A DNA stretch of 64,000 bases, taken from NCBI RefSeq assembly GCF_003918875.1, contig NW_025767133.1, positions 124,001 through 188,000 on the forward strand, given 5' to 3'. The translations under genes were made by a program, and so were the position numbers. The notes below the pieces were generated by a model that did no database searches, was not told where the DNA came from, and saw only the letters and a list, made by a program, of their open reading frames with translations. Source of the stretch: Haliotis rubra. Taxonomy: Eukaryota. This document shows positions 13,669 through 27,159 of the stretch, piece by piece; position 1 is the first letter of the stretch; each line of letters starts with the position of its first letter.

Positions 13669-14179
13669 GTTATATGAGCAGAACAGGGCTCTTGTTACTT
13701 TCATTCACGGATTACTTGCATTTGTCATGCATTTGCATTTGCACGATAAACTCTGATCCCAAGATGCAAACCTCCTATAAAAAGGACGTATACGGACATT
13801 GACATGTATAAATGAGGCCCCCCTGTGAACGACCTAGAGATGGTTGGATTGAAGTCCAACACGCCATACGGTGCCTGCACGCCACTAGCAGTCTGTATTA
13901 TGTTATTTATTTGAAACAGAGGAAAAAACCAAATCAATTCTGAGACGTTCTCTGTAGCCATATAGACAGACACACGATACTTAACTATCTATAACAACGT
14001 TTCAGTTTAATAGATCTGGAAGTCACGAAAGCCGTTTATTCGCAATATCAAACAAATACGTGACTGGCGTAAGTTTACAAAAGAAGCATAACTGTGTAAC
14101 AGGTAATAGAGGAGTATAACATATCTTCAGAAATAAGTTTGCTAAGTACAACATTGGTGATCTGACTCACGCCATCCTT

Positions 14180-14320
14180 TCAGCGGTTCCCAATTGCGCA
14201 GATCGATGCTCATGCTGTTGATCACTAGATTGTCTGGTCCAGACTGGATTATCTACAGACCGCCGCCATATAGCTGGAATATTGCTGAGTGCGGCGTAAA
14301 CTAAACTCACTCACTCACCA
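14180..14320 (+). mobile_element. Family B 3' half
   Basis: cccaattgcgcagatcgatgctcatgctgttgatcac...gctggaatattgctgagtgcggcgtaaac(ACTC)n. Confidence 0.85.
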
Positions 14321-14335
14321 ATCCTTTCAGACAAA

Positions 14336-14508
14336 GGGGCGGTGGGGTAGCCTAGTGGTTAAAGCGTTTGCTCGTCACGCCGAAGGCGCAGGTTCGATTC
14401 CCCAAGTTGGTACAATGTGTGAAGCCCATTTCTGGTGTCCCCCGCCATGATATTGCTGGAATATTGCCCAAAGCGGCGTAGTACTAAACTCCCTCTCACT
14501 ATCACTCA
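14336..14508 (+). mobile_element. SINE family A
   Basis: A-box TAGCCTAGTGG, B-box GGTTCGATTCC, shared tail. Confidence 0.92.
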
Positions 14509-14996
14509 ATTCCTGTCTGTCAACCATTGTTGGTTTGTATTCTGATTCACTCCACATTAGATACATACCTACATGACGGCAGTCGGTAAGTATTCTAGTC
14601 TTAACCATGCAATCCAGTGTTTCATGTTAAGATTCACGCCGCTGAGTGTGATGACAAGTAATACAGTCACTGAGTCTTACCCCCGATCCAATAAGCCACC
14701 GTTATTGTCTAGACCGATGCACATGCTGTTGATCACTGGATTGTCTGGTCCAGACTCGGTTATTTACATACATAGCTGGACTATTTCTGAGTGCGGCGTT
14801 AAACAGTAACACACAAACAAGCCATTTATCCGGCGTTTACGACAAGGCTTAGACTTCCACTTTTATTACCACTTACTCTGAAAATCGTTTGAAACAACAA
14901 CCGTTTAAAAAACAATCAACTACATATAAATTGAAAAGAAGCTCTCGTGAGATGATAGATTCAGAACCCGAGAAGGATCTAGACTTGCTTCACGTA

Positions 14997-15161
14997 GTGA
15001 GTGAGTGAGTTTGGTTTCATGTCGCTTTTAGCAATATTCCAGCAATATCACGGCGGGAGACACAAGAAATGGGCTTCACATATTGTACCCATGTGGGAAA
15101 TCGAACTCGGGTCTTCGGCGTGACGAGCGAACGCTTTAACCACTAGGCTGCCCCAGTGCCC
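14997..15161 (-). mobile_element. SINE family A
   Basis: Full-length reverse match with (ACTC)n tail. Confidence 0.92.
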
Positions 15162-15364
15162 AGCTTCATTTGGTGATTTCCATTACAGGGAGGGATGTTA
15201 AATTTGAAAGTTATATAAGCATGGGTCAGGGACGGTGAGACAGACTGCTGGGGATGTATCTAACCAGACATTACCCAGGGCCAACCATCAGTGCCTGAGC
15301 GTAACAAAATGTAATACTAAAGCAAGCGTTTCAGCCACAGATTGAAGTCCGTATATTGTATCAG

Positions 15365-15520
15365 GGGCTCCTTTCACGAAGCAACCTTTACTAAGGTCAA
15401 TCTTAACTCCCATTCTTTAACATTGCACTAAGGTTACCTTCACTAAATTAACCTTAGGGCAATGTTAAAGAATGGGAGTTAAGGTTAACCTTAGTAAAGG
15501 TTGCTTCGTGAAAGGAGACC
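15365..15520. mobile_element. Palindromic MITE, PIF/Harbinger-like (CAG TSD)
   Basis: ~70-bp arms GGGCTCCTTTCACGAAGCAACCTTTACTAAGG... / ...CCTTAGTAAAGGTTGCTTCGTGAAAGGAGACC; CAG at 15362-15364 and 15521-15523. Confidence 0.88.
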
Positions 15521-16005
15521 CAGGTCACTAGAAACGTGTCCAGGTAAATGCAGTAGACACCACCATTAAATAGAGCTTTAGAAGACATAATAACAGATGC
15601 ATCAGCAATTGCAATGCGATGATGTACCCGATCCTCCCTCCAACAGCCTCCTTCTGATCGTGCCTAGCAACAGTAGGCTAGATTACGCGTTAAGGTTACA
15701 TCCGCATTCAGAACGTTCTCCTGCACGACCGTGTGACTGATCTGTGACTCGTGGCACTATCTACATCCGACATGACACCTCCATTCCATTACTGCGTCCC
15801 CAAGGGCTGCTTGCCATCGCTGAATACAGCAAAGAGGATTACCACTGAGCTTTGGTCCGGCGTTCCCAGGCAGATAGCACGCGGGTCGGGAGTCAACTGG
15901 AATACTCAATTGCTTCATGAAACCCATAGAGAAAACCCCAGTGTTCATACTAAGAGTGCGCAGCTGATCCAGACTTTATAAAGACGTCGTCCTTGAAACG
16001 CGGGA

Positions 16006-16338
16006 CGTGCCTGCCAACTCTCACGCATTTGGCTTGAGACTCACGCTTATATAACTCATGTCACGAGAGGCGTTGGGGTAGCCTAGTGGTTAAAGCGTTC
16101 GCTCGTCACTCACTCATTCATGTCACGCTCTCGTGACCAAAATGATAAATCTCACCCCAAAACTGGGTTCATATGAAAAATATAAATTCGTTAAAAATCA
16201 TACAAATAGGTCTGAATACATCGTTTTCAGTTACTTTTCTGAGAAAGGCTTCAGTTGACTTAAAGGGGGCTTTTGGAAGCCCTGGTGCCCTTGGACCCGG
16301 CATCTCAAGCCTTTTTCTCTCTTGGCTTGAAGGTTTGG
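16006..16338 (+). mobile_element. Non-autonomous DNA element (same family as 45355-45630) with a nested family A head fragment
   Basis: Shares aactgggttcatat, caaataggtctgaatacatc and ggacc.gcatctcaag blocks with the reverse of 45355-45630; SINE head at ~16068-16115 flanked by duplicated tcatgtcacg. Confidence 0.7.
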
Positions 16339-16878
16339 GGAAGAATTACTCGAAGGCAGAAGTAAAAGTGACGAGGAACTTTCTAAATCGTGTCGATCGA
16401 AAGTATTTAGTCCATAAATGACTGTTTGTAGCTTATCCCTATTTTCCGTTTGTTTGATTCTTAGTTTGATGTTTAACGTCGGACTCAGCAATCCCCAGTG
16501 TGACGGCGCTGTATATAGATCGCGTCCATGAGACACCAAAATAGAGTTCCTCTCGAAGTCCAAACTGTTAATCAAGTCAAGCCAATTCCAGAGCAGCACT
16601 TGACCAAATCAGATTGACACAGTCTGTGAGATCTGAACTTGACATACATGGACCTGATCCAAGACGAGGGTGGTTACGTGAGGTAAAATGAGGTTAAACG
16701 TCGCGTTCTGTTGTCCGCCATGCATAATATATATTGAACCTGTCTACCAGTGTATTGTGCGCCGGTCATGCCCGTGCATCTGAGGTTCATCAGAATAACT
16801 GGACCTTTCCTCCTTCAGACATGACATGCTATATAATGTTCGATGTTGCATATTGTGCATGGTGCTGACAAATTTAGA

Positions 16879-17114
16879 GTGAGTGAGTTTTACGCCGCAC
16901 TCAGCAATATTACAGCTATATGGCGGCGGTCTGTAAATAATCGAGTCTGGACCAGAAAATCCAGTGATCAACAGCATGAGCATCGATCTGCGCAATTGGG
17001 AACCGATGACATGTGTCAACCAAGTCAGCGAGCCTGACCACCCGATCCCGTTAGTCGCCTCTTACGACAAGCATGGGTAGCTGAAGACCAATTCTAACCC
17101 GGGTCTTTACTGGT
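16879..17114 (-). mobile_element. Family B, full length with TSD
   Basis: 13-bp TSD TGACAAATTTAGA at 16866-16878 and 17115-17127. Confidence 0.95.
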
Positions 17115-17571
17115 TGACAAATTTAGAAACCTAATTAGGGCGAATATGGGATTTGAGCGAGTGAATATGGTGTTACGCCGCTTGTAGCAATATTCCACTA
17201 ACATCACGGAAGGGGACACCAAATGTACGATGTTGCATGGTGTTGACAAATTTAGAAACCTATTTAGGGTAAATCTGGGATTTGATTGAGGAATATGGTT
17301 TTACGCGCTTGTAGCAATATTCCAGCAGTATCACGTCGGGACACCAAAAAGAGGCTTCACACACTACCCCTCTGGGATTCAAACCCACGATCAGGTTTTG
17401 CCATGACCAACACACTTAACATGGCACAGCGAACTAGGTTCCATATACAGTCTGACCACCATCACTGTCACTGACAATAGCAATCCGTTCGGTAACCATA
17501 GCGCGAATACCAAACCTTTTGCAGATTATACAAGAATACACACTTAAACCAATGAAATCCAGCTGCATGGC

Positions 17572-17721
17572 GAGTGAGTGGGTGAGTTTTAAGCCGCTTG
17601 TATCAACATTCCAGCAATATCACGGAAATGGGATTCAAACAGTGAACCGATGTGGGGAATCGAACACACGTCTTCGGTGTGCCGAGCGAACGCTTTAACC
17701 ACTAGGCCACCCCACCATCCC
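17572..17721 (-). mobile_element. SINE family A, diverged
   Basis: Reverse match with an internal deletion. Confidence 0.85.
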
Positions 17722-18139
17722 CAGCAGTATAGAATGCCCCATCGACTGATCTGCTGCAGCAAAAGCTGTTCATTTTAATGCAACGAACTTAACATAAAAC
17801 GGCCCATAGGACTAATAAGACGGCCCCGCTCTTCCGAATCGCGAATCTTTCTGCCACTTGTATTTATTGAATTGATATGTTTTATACCTAAGTGTGTATT
17901 CTAACCATGCTTTAATACCTGCACATATAAAGGAAAAGTTTCGTGTTTGGAGAAAATCAATATGTTTCACTTCACCGCAATTCTATATTGCTGTACAAAA
18001 TATCGATATCAACTTCACATGTCGGAAAAGGACGTGTACAATATTGTGACAGAAGCTGTTTTTCGCAATATGAAACTATATTTAATAAAAGGACTTTTAG
18101 ATGGAGGACCTGTGTATAAACACGGCACAAGCAGAGACA

Positions 18140-18834
18140 AGTTAGTGTGAGCAGATATAAGCACAGCATAACCAGATATATACACGCTTAAGCAGATTTA
18201 AGCTAGGCATATACAAGGCATTAGCAGACGTAAGCAAACTCAAATAACCAGATACAAACATGCATAAGCAGATATATACAACCAGATATAAACATGCATA
18301 AGCAGATATATACAACCAGATATAAACATGCATAAGCAGATATATACAACCAGATATAAACATGCATAAGCAGATATATACAACCAGATATAAACATGCA
18401 TAAGCAGATATATACAACCAGATATAAACATGCATAAGCAGATATATACAACCAGATATAAACATGCATAAGCAGATATATACAACCAGATATAAACATG
18501 CATATTCAGACATAAGCAAGGTATAACCAGATGCAAACATGCATAAGCAGATTTAAGCAAGGCATATACAGGGCATAAGCAGACGTAAGCAAGGCATAAC
18601 AGATATTAACATGCATACTCAGATATAAGCAAAGCATAACCAAATGTTAGCACAATTTTATACAAGGAATATGCAGATATGAGCACGGCATATACAGGGA
18701 TAAGCATATATAAGCACGGTATGCACAAGGAATAAGCAGATATACGCACGGCTTGTGCAAGGAATATGCAGATATAAGCACGACACGCACAAGGCATAAG
18801 CAGACGTAAGCAAGGTATAACCAGATATATACAT
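18140..18834. repeat. 34-bp minisatellite core (~18247-18505, ~8 copies) in a degenerate related array
   Basis: Unit ACCAGATATAAACATGCATAAGCAGATATATACA; period 34 (18281 to 18315). Confidence 0.95.
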
Positions 18835-19066
18835 ATACATGCTGAGGCTGCTAGTGCTGACAAAGCTGCATTGATTCGTGGTAGAGAGGATTTGAAGTCT
18901 GTTTTGAAAGACTATGATGAAGAAGATATCTTTAACATCGATGAGACGGGTTTGTTTGACAAACTTGGTCCTAACCACACCCTCGCAAGTAAGAAGGTGC
19001 CCGGTACTAAGAAGTCTAAAGAAAGGGTTACCGTCGCTTTGTGTGTCAACGCAACTGGCTCAGAAA
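18835..19066 (+). pseudogene. pogo/Tigger (CENP-B-like, DDE_1) transposase fragment
   Basis: Translates as IHAEAASAD...YDEEDIFNIDETGLFDKLGPNHTLASKKVPGTKKSKERVTVALCVNATGSE, with the N-DETGLF first catalytic Asp motif and the KKSKERVTV..C.NA.G motif of pogo-family transposases; TIR-like GTTCGGATTAACGCGGCCTGACTAC at 19158-19182. Confidence 0.9.
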
Positions 19067-19781
19067 GTAAGTAACGCTACTGCAGTGTGGTGTATTGGAC
19101 TTGTTTCACCAAACCGAACGTTTCACTATCGGAACATTTTGTATGAAAAATGGCACTGTTCGGATTAACGCGGCCTGACTACTCAAATATAAGCAAGGCA
19201 TAACCTAATGCTGGCACGGCATATACAAGGCAAGCCAATATAAGAACGACATAAGGAAGGCATAAGCAGATGTGTGCAATGTAACGCTAGCCCATCTTAT
19301 AGACATGCTGCCGAGACATGGAATCACTTTTATCACTATAAGTAATCGCCCTGTACACACATACTGAAGTGTTGTGATACGTCCGGCTATTACGACAAGT
19401 GCACAAAGAGCAAATGCTTGTTCCAACTCCAAGATGACTGTAAAACCGCGAAAAGCTTTTTCAATAAGGGAATAAACCTTGTTTATTTGCATTTTCTCAC
19501 GTCCATTGACAGTTTTCGATTTTTTTACATGGCTTCTTTCCAAATCCACTCTTCTTGGGTCTTGACACTGGCAGTGAAAGCCTGGTAGAATATCCACATG
19601 CGACACCATTATTTAAACTGACATTTTGTTCAGATAGACAATCAGACAGACACAGTGACATACAGAGCCAGTACAATTCTTGATTACAGCTGATTTTAGA
19701 CTTGCAAAATCATTCTAGACTTGAGCTGGACTCCTTTGTTAATCTTTTGTAATTTCTTCTATCTATCTATCTATCTATCTA

Positions 19782-19905
19782 TTAGTTTTACGCAGCTTGT
19801 AGCAATATTCAAGCAATATCACGGCGGGGACGCCAGAAATGGGCTTCACACATTGTACCCATGGTGGGGAATTTTTCGGCGTGACGAGTGAACGCCTAAA
19901 CCACC
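19782..19905 (-). mobile_element. SINE family A next to a (CTAT)n tract
   Basis: Reverse match; (CTAT)n at ~19758-19782. Confidence 0.85.
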
Positions 19906-20879
19906 AACTCTAAAAAGGAGGAAAACAAAACCAACATGGAGAAAACCGGTTGTGCTAAACAAGAATCCAATTATATCCCACTGCCATCTATGACGTACTT
20001 CATAGACATGTCCATGACATGCTGTTTGGCATCAAATACCTTATACAGACCATGTAAAATGATCGTGTTTGCTGAGTCATCAACAATGAAACACTATCGA
20101 TTACCGAAATAATTCAATCAGCCTTTCAATAACGCGCGAGATGAGATCCCGTTGTTAAGCGTGTTAGCACCTATAGTGATACCGTTAGTGAAATAAATAT
20201 GTTTATTTTACCCTAAACTATCAAAATCCCCCGAAAAGGAAAACTGACGGATGGAGAGCCTAAGTGCACGTGAAAGGAAACAAAAGCACATTAATGTTGA
20301 AAGTTACGGTGAGATTGTTTCTTTCGTAAAGTGAACCGTTTCTAATTCCAGAGAATTAACGACCCAAAAACCTCAGCGCTTCCGCTACCGCCGGCAAAGT
20401 TGAGTGTAACAAAATCGCAATTTGGAACATTTTCAAGTTTGCCATTAATGGAAGACATGTTGTTGAAACGTTTATGTCTGCGGTTCAAGAATTAAACCCG
20501 AAATACTTTAAGAAATGACTTCGGGGGATAGAACTAAGAAAAGTCGTTTCCTGAAATTGTTTTATGTTTGTTGGGATTAATCATTGTACAGCTGCTTCAG
20601 CATCAAGACAAGCCTGGGCGTGGAATGGATACTGTACCTTTCAAGCAGCATCCGAATGATTCAGATGCAGAGTAATTGTGATTGATAGCTAACAGTTAAG
20701 GAAAAAGGTTTCCATAACAATTCACAGATGGATATGCCAAGCACGCGTTCGGGTTTTTCCGTGGATTTTCATTATGAATCATCGGTGGTAACCTGCATTG
20801 TGAATGACTCCATGTGCATTTTGATTGAACTTGCCTGTGAACATCCTCGACGATATAATCAAAATGAAACACTACTTCC

Positions 20880-21320
20880 TGGGTTTACTGATGGTGTGTA
20901 TCGGTTGGTTTATCGGGTGGTATATCGGGGGATCTCGGTAGGGTATTTCTTGTGGGCTTATTCATGGGGTTATCAGTAGGTGTATCGGTTGGTATGTCAT
21001 CCGGGTATATCGGATGTATCTCGGTTGGGTTTTTCTTGTGGTATTGCTGTTGGCTTACTGATGGGATATATCGGCGGGTTTATCGGTTGGTATGTAAGTT
21101 GGGTATATCGGGGGTTATCTCGGTAGGGTTTTTCTTGTGGTATTGTTGTTTGCTTACTGATTGGATGTATCGGTGGGTTTATCGGTTGGTATGTAAGCCT
21201 GGTATATCAGATGTATCTCAGATGGGGATATTGTTGTAGTATCGTTATGGGCTTATTGATAGGGTATATGAGTGGGTTTATCGGTTGGTATGTCAGCTGG
21301 TATGTTAGGGTATCTGAGAT
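20880..21320. repeat. Degenerate GT-rich tandem repeat
   Basis: Recurrent TATCGGTTGG/TATCGGGGG/TCTCGGTAGGG blocks with a ~100-bp higher period. Confidence 0.75.
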
Positions 21321-23045
21321 ATCGTTGTGGTATCTGTGTGTGTTCGGTGAATACTTCTGGGGAATATACCGGTAAGTTAGGTGGATATGCGATATATCGG
21401 CGGGTACTTTGATGAGGTATGAGAAGCCCGGTGCGTATCTTGACTGGTTCTTACAGACTGTCGAGATGTCTCCAGGTAACTTTGAAAACCAGTCGCGTTG
21501 GAAGAATATACTGACGCAGAAAAGAAAGTGCACACATGGTGCTTTGGGATAATTGACATCCCACTCACAGCACTGTTAATGATATCTGTGATGTTTTGGT
21601 AACATGTAAACACTGTTTCTGACTTGTAAGTCACATACAAAACACTTTTCAAAATATTTATGTGTGTTTTTGAATGTAAATCATCTCCAAACACCAGGTG
21701 TATACTTTCTTTTGTATGTCAGTTCAGTTTAACTGTTTGTCTACAAAACGGACGTCTTGTTACAGGGATTAAATGCGAAGGGATCAGTCGGCAGGCGGTT
21801 TACAGAGAAAAGATCCCATATCACTACGCCAATGGTGCCCAATTACCATTTTGATAACGGAATAAGCCGAGAGTACCAGTAAGGCATACAGCCGTCTGTG
21901 AAGTAGTTCGACGAGAAACTACTTCGTTCCTTCGCGGGTTAAATCCTAAACAATTAATAGTGTTTACACATTGCGATTGGGTTACATTATACATTCTCAT
22001 TCCCTTTTTGGGTGATGATGCTGGAATATTGCTAAACGCTGCGTAAAACCATACTCTCGGATCCCTTCACTCATTACACACCTATTGCCAGAGTGTGTTA
22101 TACAATCTCCATTTTAAATAATAACTTTTAAGAAATGCCTCAAATAATTTGAAACAAGCAAACAATAAAACGCAGCAAACATTCATATTTGAAACAAATA
22201 ACGAGTTTTACAAAGAAGCATCAAGTTTCAAGTTACATATGCATATATTCAGAATATACCAGGCGGGCATCATTTTGGATTGTTTTTCAATTATTTTTCC
22301 AATTCATAATGGAAACAGGAACTTCTCAGAGTCTGTGTAGGCGTAAAACTCCCACTAGCGTTCAGTGAATAAAACTGGACTTGAATCAGCCCGGACTCTC
22401 CAACAAACGCGATACTGAAGCTATTTTCGAACGCCACCGTCTGAGAATTTCTTCCAAAGATTATTTCAAAGGCCTACAAACATGTTTCTATTTTCAGAAG
22501 TCCTACAGAAGCCAGTCATGTTTTAAACTAGTTATACTCCTTTCATCCCCAGACGCTACTGGGCACTTCTTTGATACAAAGTTGTATGTACATCAATCAG
22601 GTTATTGTACACGGGGGAAGAAGGATCCCAGTTTGTAACGTCCGAGCAACTCCGAGAGTTTTCTTTCTCCCCGCGGCCATTATATAGAATACCAACACGG
22701 TTGTACAAATAAAGGAAGAAAAGTATTGTGTTTCGTTTTGGCCGGTCATTAGGTTTGTCTCGTGGGTGTGCAACAAACAAATTGTTGAGACTGTCATAAC
22801 TGGTTATTCCTTTGCTAACTGTTTCGGTTGGAATGCGCCAAGTTTAGAAACCACGGGTATCGGGGGTTTGACTTTCCAAACTAGATACTTTCATCTGAAT
22901 CACGTCACTTAATAAATTCTGTATTACATATTATCTTATTTAATATTTTGTTACGTAAAAGTATTATATTTCTGAAGATCAAAATGTTGCACTCGTTGTT
23001 TTCTAGTATTTCGTCATATTCAGCGAAATAGTGTGTGAAGTTGGT

Positions 23046-23392
23046 GAGGGGAGGTGAAATTACGTCGTGCTTGAGAATATTTCGCTCATATGACGACGTG
23101 CATGCGTGTGTATGTGTATGTGCGGCTGCTTGTACTAGCCCAGACTTAAGCTGGTTTCATAGTGCTAGCCCACTGAGATACCATGCCGCAGTGAAGCATG
23201 AATACCCCACCCAGACACATTATACGGACTCCGAGCCGACCAGTCCTTGTTGTACCCATTAATGCCAAGCGGCAGGCAGGGACCAACAAGTACCATATTT
23301 TAACGTCTTTTGGCTTGACTCGGTCAGGGATCGAACCCGCGACCTTCCGCTCTCCGGGCGGACGCTCTAACCACTACACCACGAAGGTGGTC
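23046..23392 (-). mobile_element. SINE family C (tRNA head, Meta/MESC-like body), with TSD
   Basis: Near-identical to 28585-28938; TSD GTGAAGTTGGT at 23035-23045 and 23393-23403. Confidence 0.9.
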
Positions 23393-23539
23393 GTGAAGTT
23401 GGTTATAGTGTGTTGTATTTGTAGTTCAGTTTACAGTGCCCTTAAATAAGTATTGTAGTATGACTGAGTAAATGAGAAACTGTTGTTCTACGAGTGAGTG
23501 AGTGAATGAGGAGGATGGGTTGCTGGGTGAGCGAGCAAG

Positions 23540-23765
23540 TGGTTGGTTGGTTTATTGTTTAACGTCGCACCCAGCAATATTCCAGCTTTACGGCGGCGGT
23601 CTGTAAATAACCGAGTCTGAACCAGACAATCCAGTGATCAACAGCATCAGCACCGATGACATGTGTCAACCAATTCAGCCAGCCTGGCCACCCGATCCCG
23701 TAAGCCGTCTCTTACGACAAGCATGGGTTACTGAAGATAAATTCTAGCCCGGATCTTCATGGGTG
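23540..23765 (-). mobile_element. Family B
   Basis: Reverse match, (AACC)n tail, small internal deletion. Confidence 0.9.
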
Positions 23766-24760
23766 AATACAGAAAGGATATAGAAAGAAACATAGTTATA
23801 TCCTTATCCTTTGTGTTAAAGGACAAAACGTTACAACAGGCATCAACTCAATTGTCTAAAATGTTGAATTTACAATCCTTTCATTACCGCGTTATTAACA
23901 CCACGAAGGAAAACCCTATACCAGGGAAGATGGTGACGTAGTCATGAGCTGCACGTGCAAAACAAGTCCAAGTTTTAAAATGTGCTGCACGTGCCAATTC
24001 TTCAGATATAAATGTCAATGCATGTTTTGAGTGGAACAGGTGTGGATACAGTATCACAGAATCCGCTCGATAAGTACAGTTATATCTATTTAATGTGTTG
24101 AAATAATCGTATATCCCAAAGCGCAGAATTTAATGTAAATTGTGTAAAATTTCAAACCACAAAAAATCTCTGGTTCGAAAGGGCATATGAATACAAATTG
24201 GTAGTTTGTGCGTTGCCCGTTTTCCATTTCCGTTTACGATAAGCACGCCGTTATTCTTCGAAATCGGCGATGACAGTGATAGGCCCATACAGTATTAAAT
24301 AAAACTTTGATAAAGTGCAAAAACAAATATAATCAATTGGGAAACATCTGCATTCGAAGGAGAAAATGTAGCGCCCTGAAATTAAATTCGGTCAGTGTTT
24401 CAGGGCGGGAACATTGGGTCGCGTCATGGCATGTGTCAGTGAGATATTTGTTTTCACAAGCGCCAGCAGATGGTTTTGAAACTTTTGAAATATTGTGGCA
24501 ATTACCCTCCCAGTAACACCGCGATATTGAAGCACTGAGACAGGGTGCATCGACTGGCATTGATTGATGATATGGCGGAGGTTCCAGGCGGTCCACTTGA
24601 TCTTGGCACTGAGGAGAACTGAAATATTGTGGATCACTCCTTAAACACTAATCGTTATTCATTGTATCGATGTGATAAACAGGACATTTGTCAAAACGTG
24701 AGATTAGCGATGATAGTTTACTCCACATATTACTCTTAGATGTTGAATAGTTTCCTCAAC

Positions 24761-24946
24761 ATATTACCCTAGGGCTTTGTGTATTTTCCTCTATATTACC
24801 CTAGGATTTTGTGTAGTTTCCTCTATATTACCCTAGGATTTTGTGTAGTTTCTTCTATAGTACCCTAGAATTTTGTTTAGGTTCCTCAATATTTAACTAG
24901 AATTTTGTGTAATTTGCTCTTTATATTACCCTAGGATTGTGTATGG
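24761..24946. repeat. 32-bp minisatellite, ~6 copies
   Basis: Unit CTATATTACCCTAGGATTTTGTGTAGTTTCCT; period 32 (24791 to 24823). Confidence 0.9.
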
Positions 24947-25195
24947 AGTGAGTGAGTGAGTTTAGTTTTACGCTGCACTCAGCAATATTCCAGCTATATG
25001 GCGGCGGTCTGTAAATAATCGAGTCTGGACCAGACAATCCAGTGATCAACATCGTGAGCATCGATCTGCGCAATTGGGAACCGATGACATGTGTCAACCA
25101 AGTCAGCGAGCCTGACCACCCGATCCCATTAGTCGCCTCTTACGACAAGCATGGGTTACTGAAGATCAATATTCTAACCCGGATCTTCACGGGTA
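24947..25195 (-). mobile_element. Family B, full length with TSD
   Basis: 14-bp TSD AGGATTGTGTATGG at 24933-24946 and 25196-25209. Confidence 0.95.
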
Positions 25196-27159
25196 AGGAT
25201 TGTGTATGGGTTGTTCGCATTTGAATTGGTCCAAGTATAATTAATCTTCAACACTTTATCCAAACATGTCGGGATATCTTCAGCCTACTTTTCATCTGCT
25301 ATGTGAGGGCACGGGGGCCCAGCTATTTGTTATGCAGAGTTGTGTCCTGTGATCATGGGTTCGAATCCCGGTGCTCCCAGAATATGGTTCCAGTACACCA
25401 AACCCGAGATGATCGGTTCCACCAAAATTGGTAAATATCTAAATCCAGCACCGCTTCCAGGGTTCCTCCCTCACCACACCGACCGGCCATGACATTATAG
25501 TTCAAAGTGGTGTTACAGAAAGCTCACCAAATCTTCAAAATGCTCCCCAATGCAATCAGTGCTACTGGTCCCATATGGTACCACTACGATCTTTATCTTA
25601 TATTTGTCACACTGTGAACAACCCGGGGATAGACGTAGTAGGTAACAATACCCATAAAACCCTCGTCTACTGCAACATAACAGATTTTATAGTGATTAAT
25701 TGACCCAGAGTAAAGTGAACTCCAGTACCATCGAAATCTAATTCCGTAATTGTCTGGATTCCAGTTTTATCTCACGCCTGAAGACTCTGTCCAGTCCGCT
25801 TCTTGCTCTCGTGAGGGTAATATAAAAGCTACACCTCTAGCCCCGAGCTCTATATTGAATGACCTCACTTTGTGTCCACATACCGTTGGAGTTCGGTGGG
25901 AGTTTTCAGACTGAGCAAATCTCAGAATAAACGACGCGTTTGTCGCGAGTGGAGAGTCAATTTAGCACGGTCTACGGCTGATCTTCCCAAATGACTAATA
26001 ATCTATGATCACTGACAGTGCCCATAAGCGAATCTGTTTACTCTGTAGTGGTTAGTGCCAAGAGGTTAATACCACAAGCAACCGGCGGGGCTTCCAAAGC
26101 CGTTTACCGTTACCCTGCCTAGACTCGAGCTGGCCTCCGAACCCGGGGATCATAAATCCTGTTATCTTAGACTGGCGCGGAATGGGAAAGTACAAATTTA
26201 AAGCTCCATGCAATCATTTTCTCATCGTCATGGGATTTGATATCACCGCGTTTGAATTTGATCAGTAAAATGAAACTCATAACATTTGTGATTTATCCTT
26301 CCCCACGACTTAGGGTTTATCGCATTCACACACCATCAACGTACATAGCCTCGAAACCACGCAAATTATTTACAAAATGGCGTCTAAGATCCTGCGCTCA
26401 CCTGCTTGTCCAGTATACGTCCACCAGCGTGACCACAGGGCGTCCGAACCTGGTAAGATAAAGACAAGCCGTTTAGTAAAGCACTCAGAAAAGAAAAAAG
26501 ACAAATTACTTCCAAACGGGAGAATGCTTGCCTCGGATCAAAGGTATAAGAACCCCATTAACAACGGGAAATGAAGATGACACACATTGGCTTCGAGAGT
26601 AGCAATCCCAGAGTTCGTCTGAAATGAACTTCCGGTCATCAGAAGACGCTCGCGTGCTTCTTTCATGCTTTTTCTGCAGTTGGCAGATTGATTATGATTG
26701 AATTTCTCGAAGAATATTCTGAATAAAGTTAAGAACTTTTCTGATGTTGAAACTTTTCATAATAGCATTTCTCCATGATGAAATGATGTTCGATTAAGGG
26801 TCTAAACTTCTGTATTATTGACTGTTCATGTGAAGATCAAGATCATGTCTGAGAAGACAAATAGCTTGTGTGTAGCCTTATGTTGCCATATCAGTGTGTA
26901 TCAAATCTGGATTAATACCTATCTGGCATGCTGTCTTTGTGCTAACGTCGAATACTGCCTTTATATCTAAGGGGGAAAATGTCGGCGTGTCTCATTAGAA
27001 AAAAAACGATTTAGTGCTAGGAAAACTAAACACTGTTCTACCGATGTTAGATCTGACACAGTTTCTCACAAAATCAGATTATTTCATTGCACTTGTATAA
27101 TAATATTGAGTATATTATCATTATTTTCATGTTAGGGTTATTACTCATATAATGAATGA

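Noticed and set aside
18142-18560. Hydrophobic repetitive ORFs
   Set aside because: Translations of the 34-bp minisatellite.
25307-25379. tRNA-like sequence with GGGTTCGAATCCC
   Set aside because: Only the T-arm is convincing; the D and anticodon arms do not fold. At most a decayed SINE head or tRNA pseudogene.
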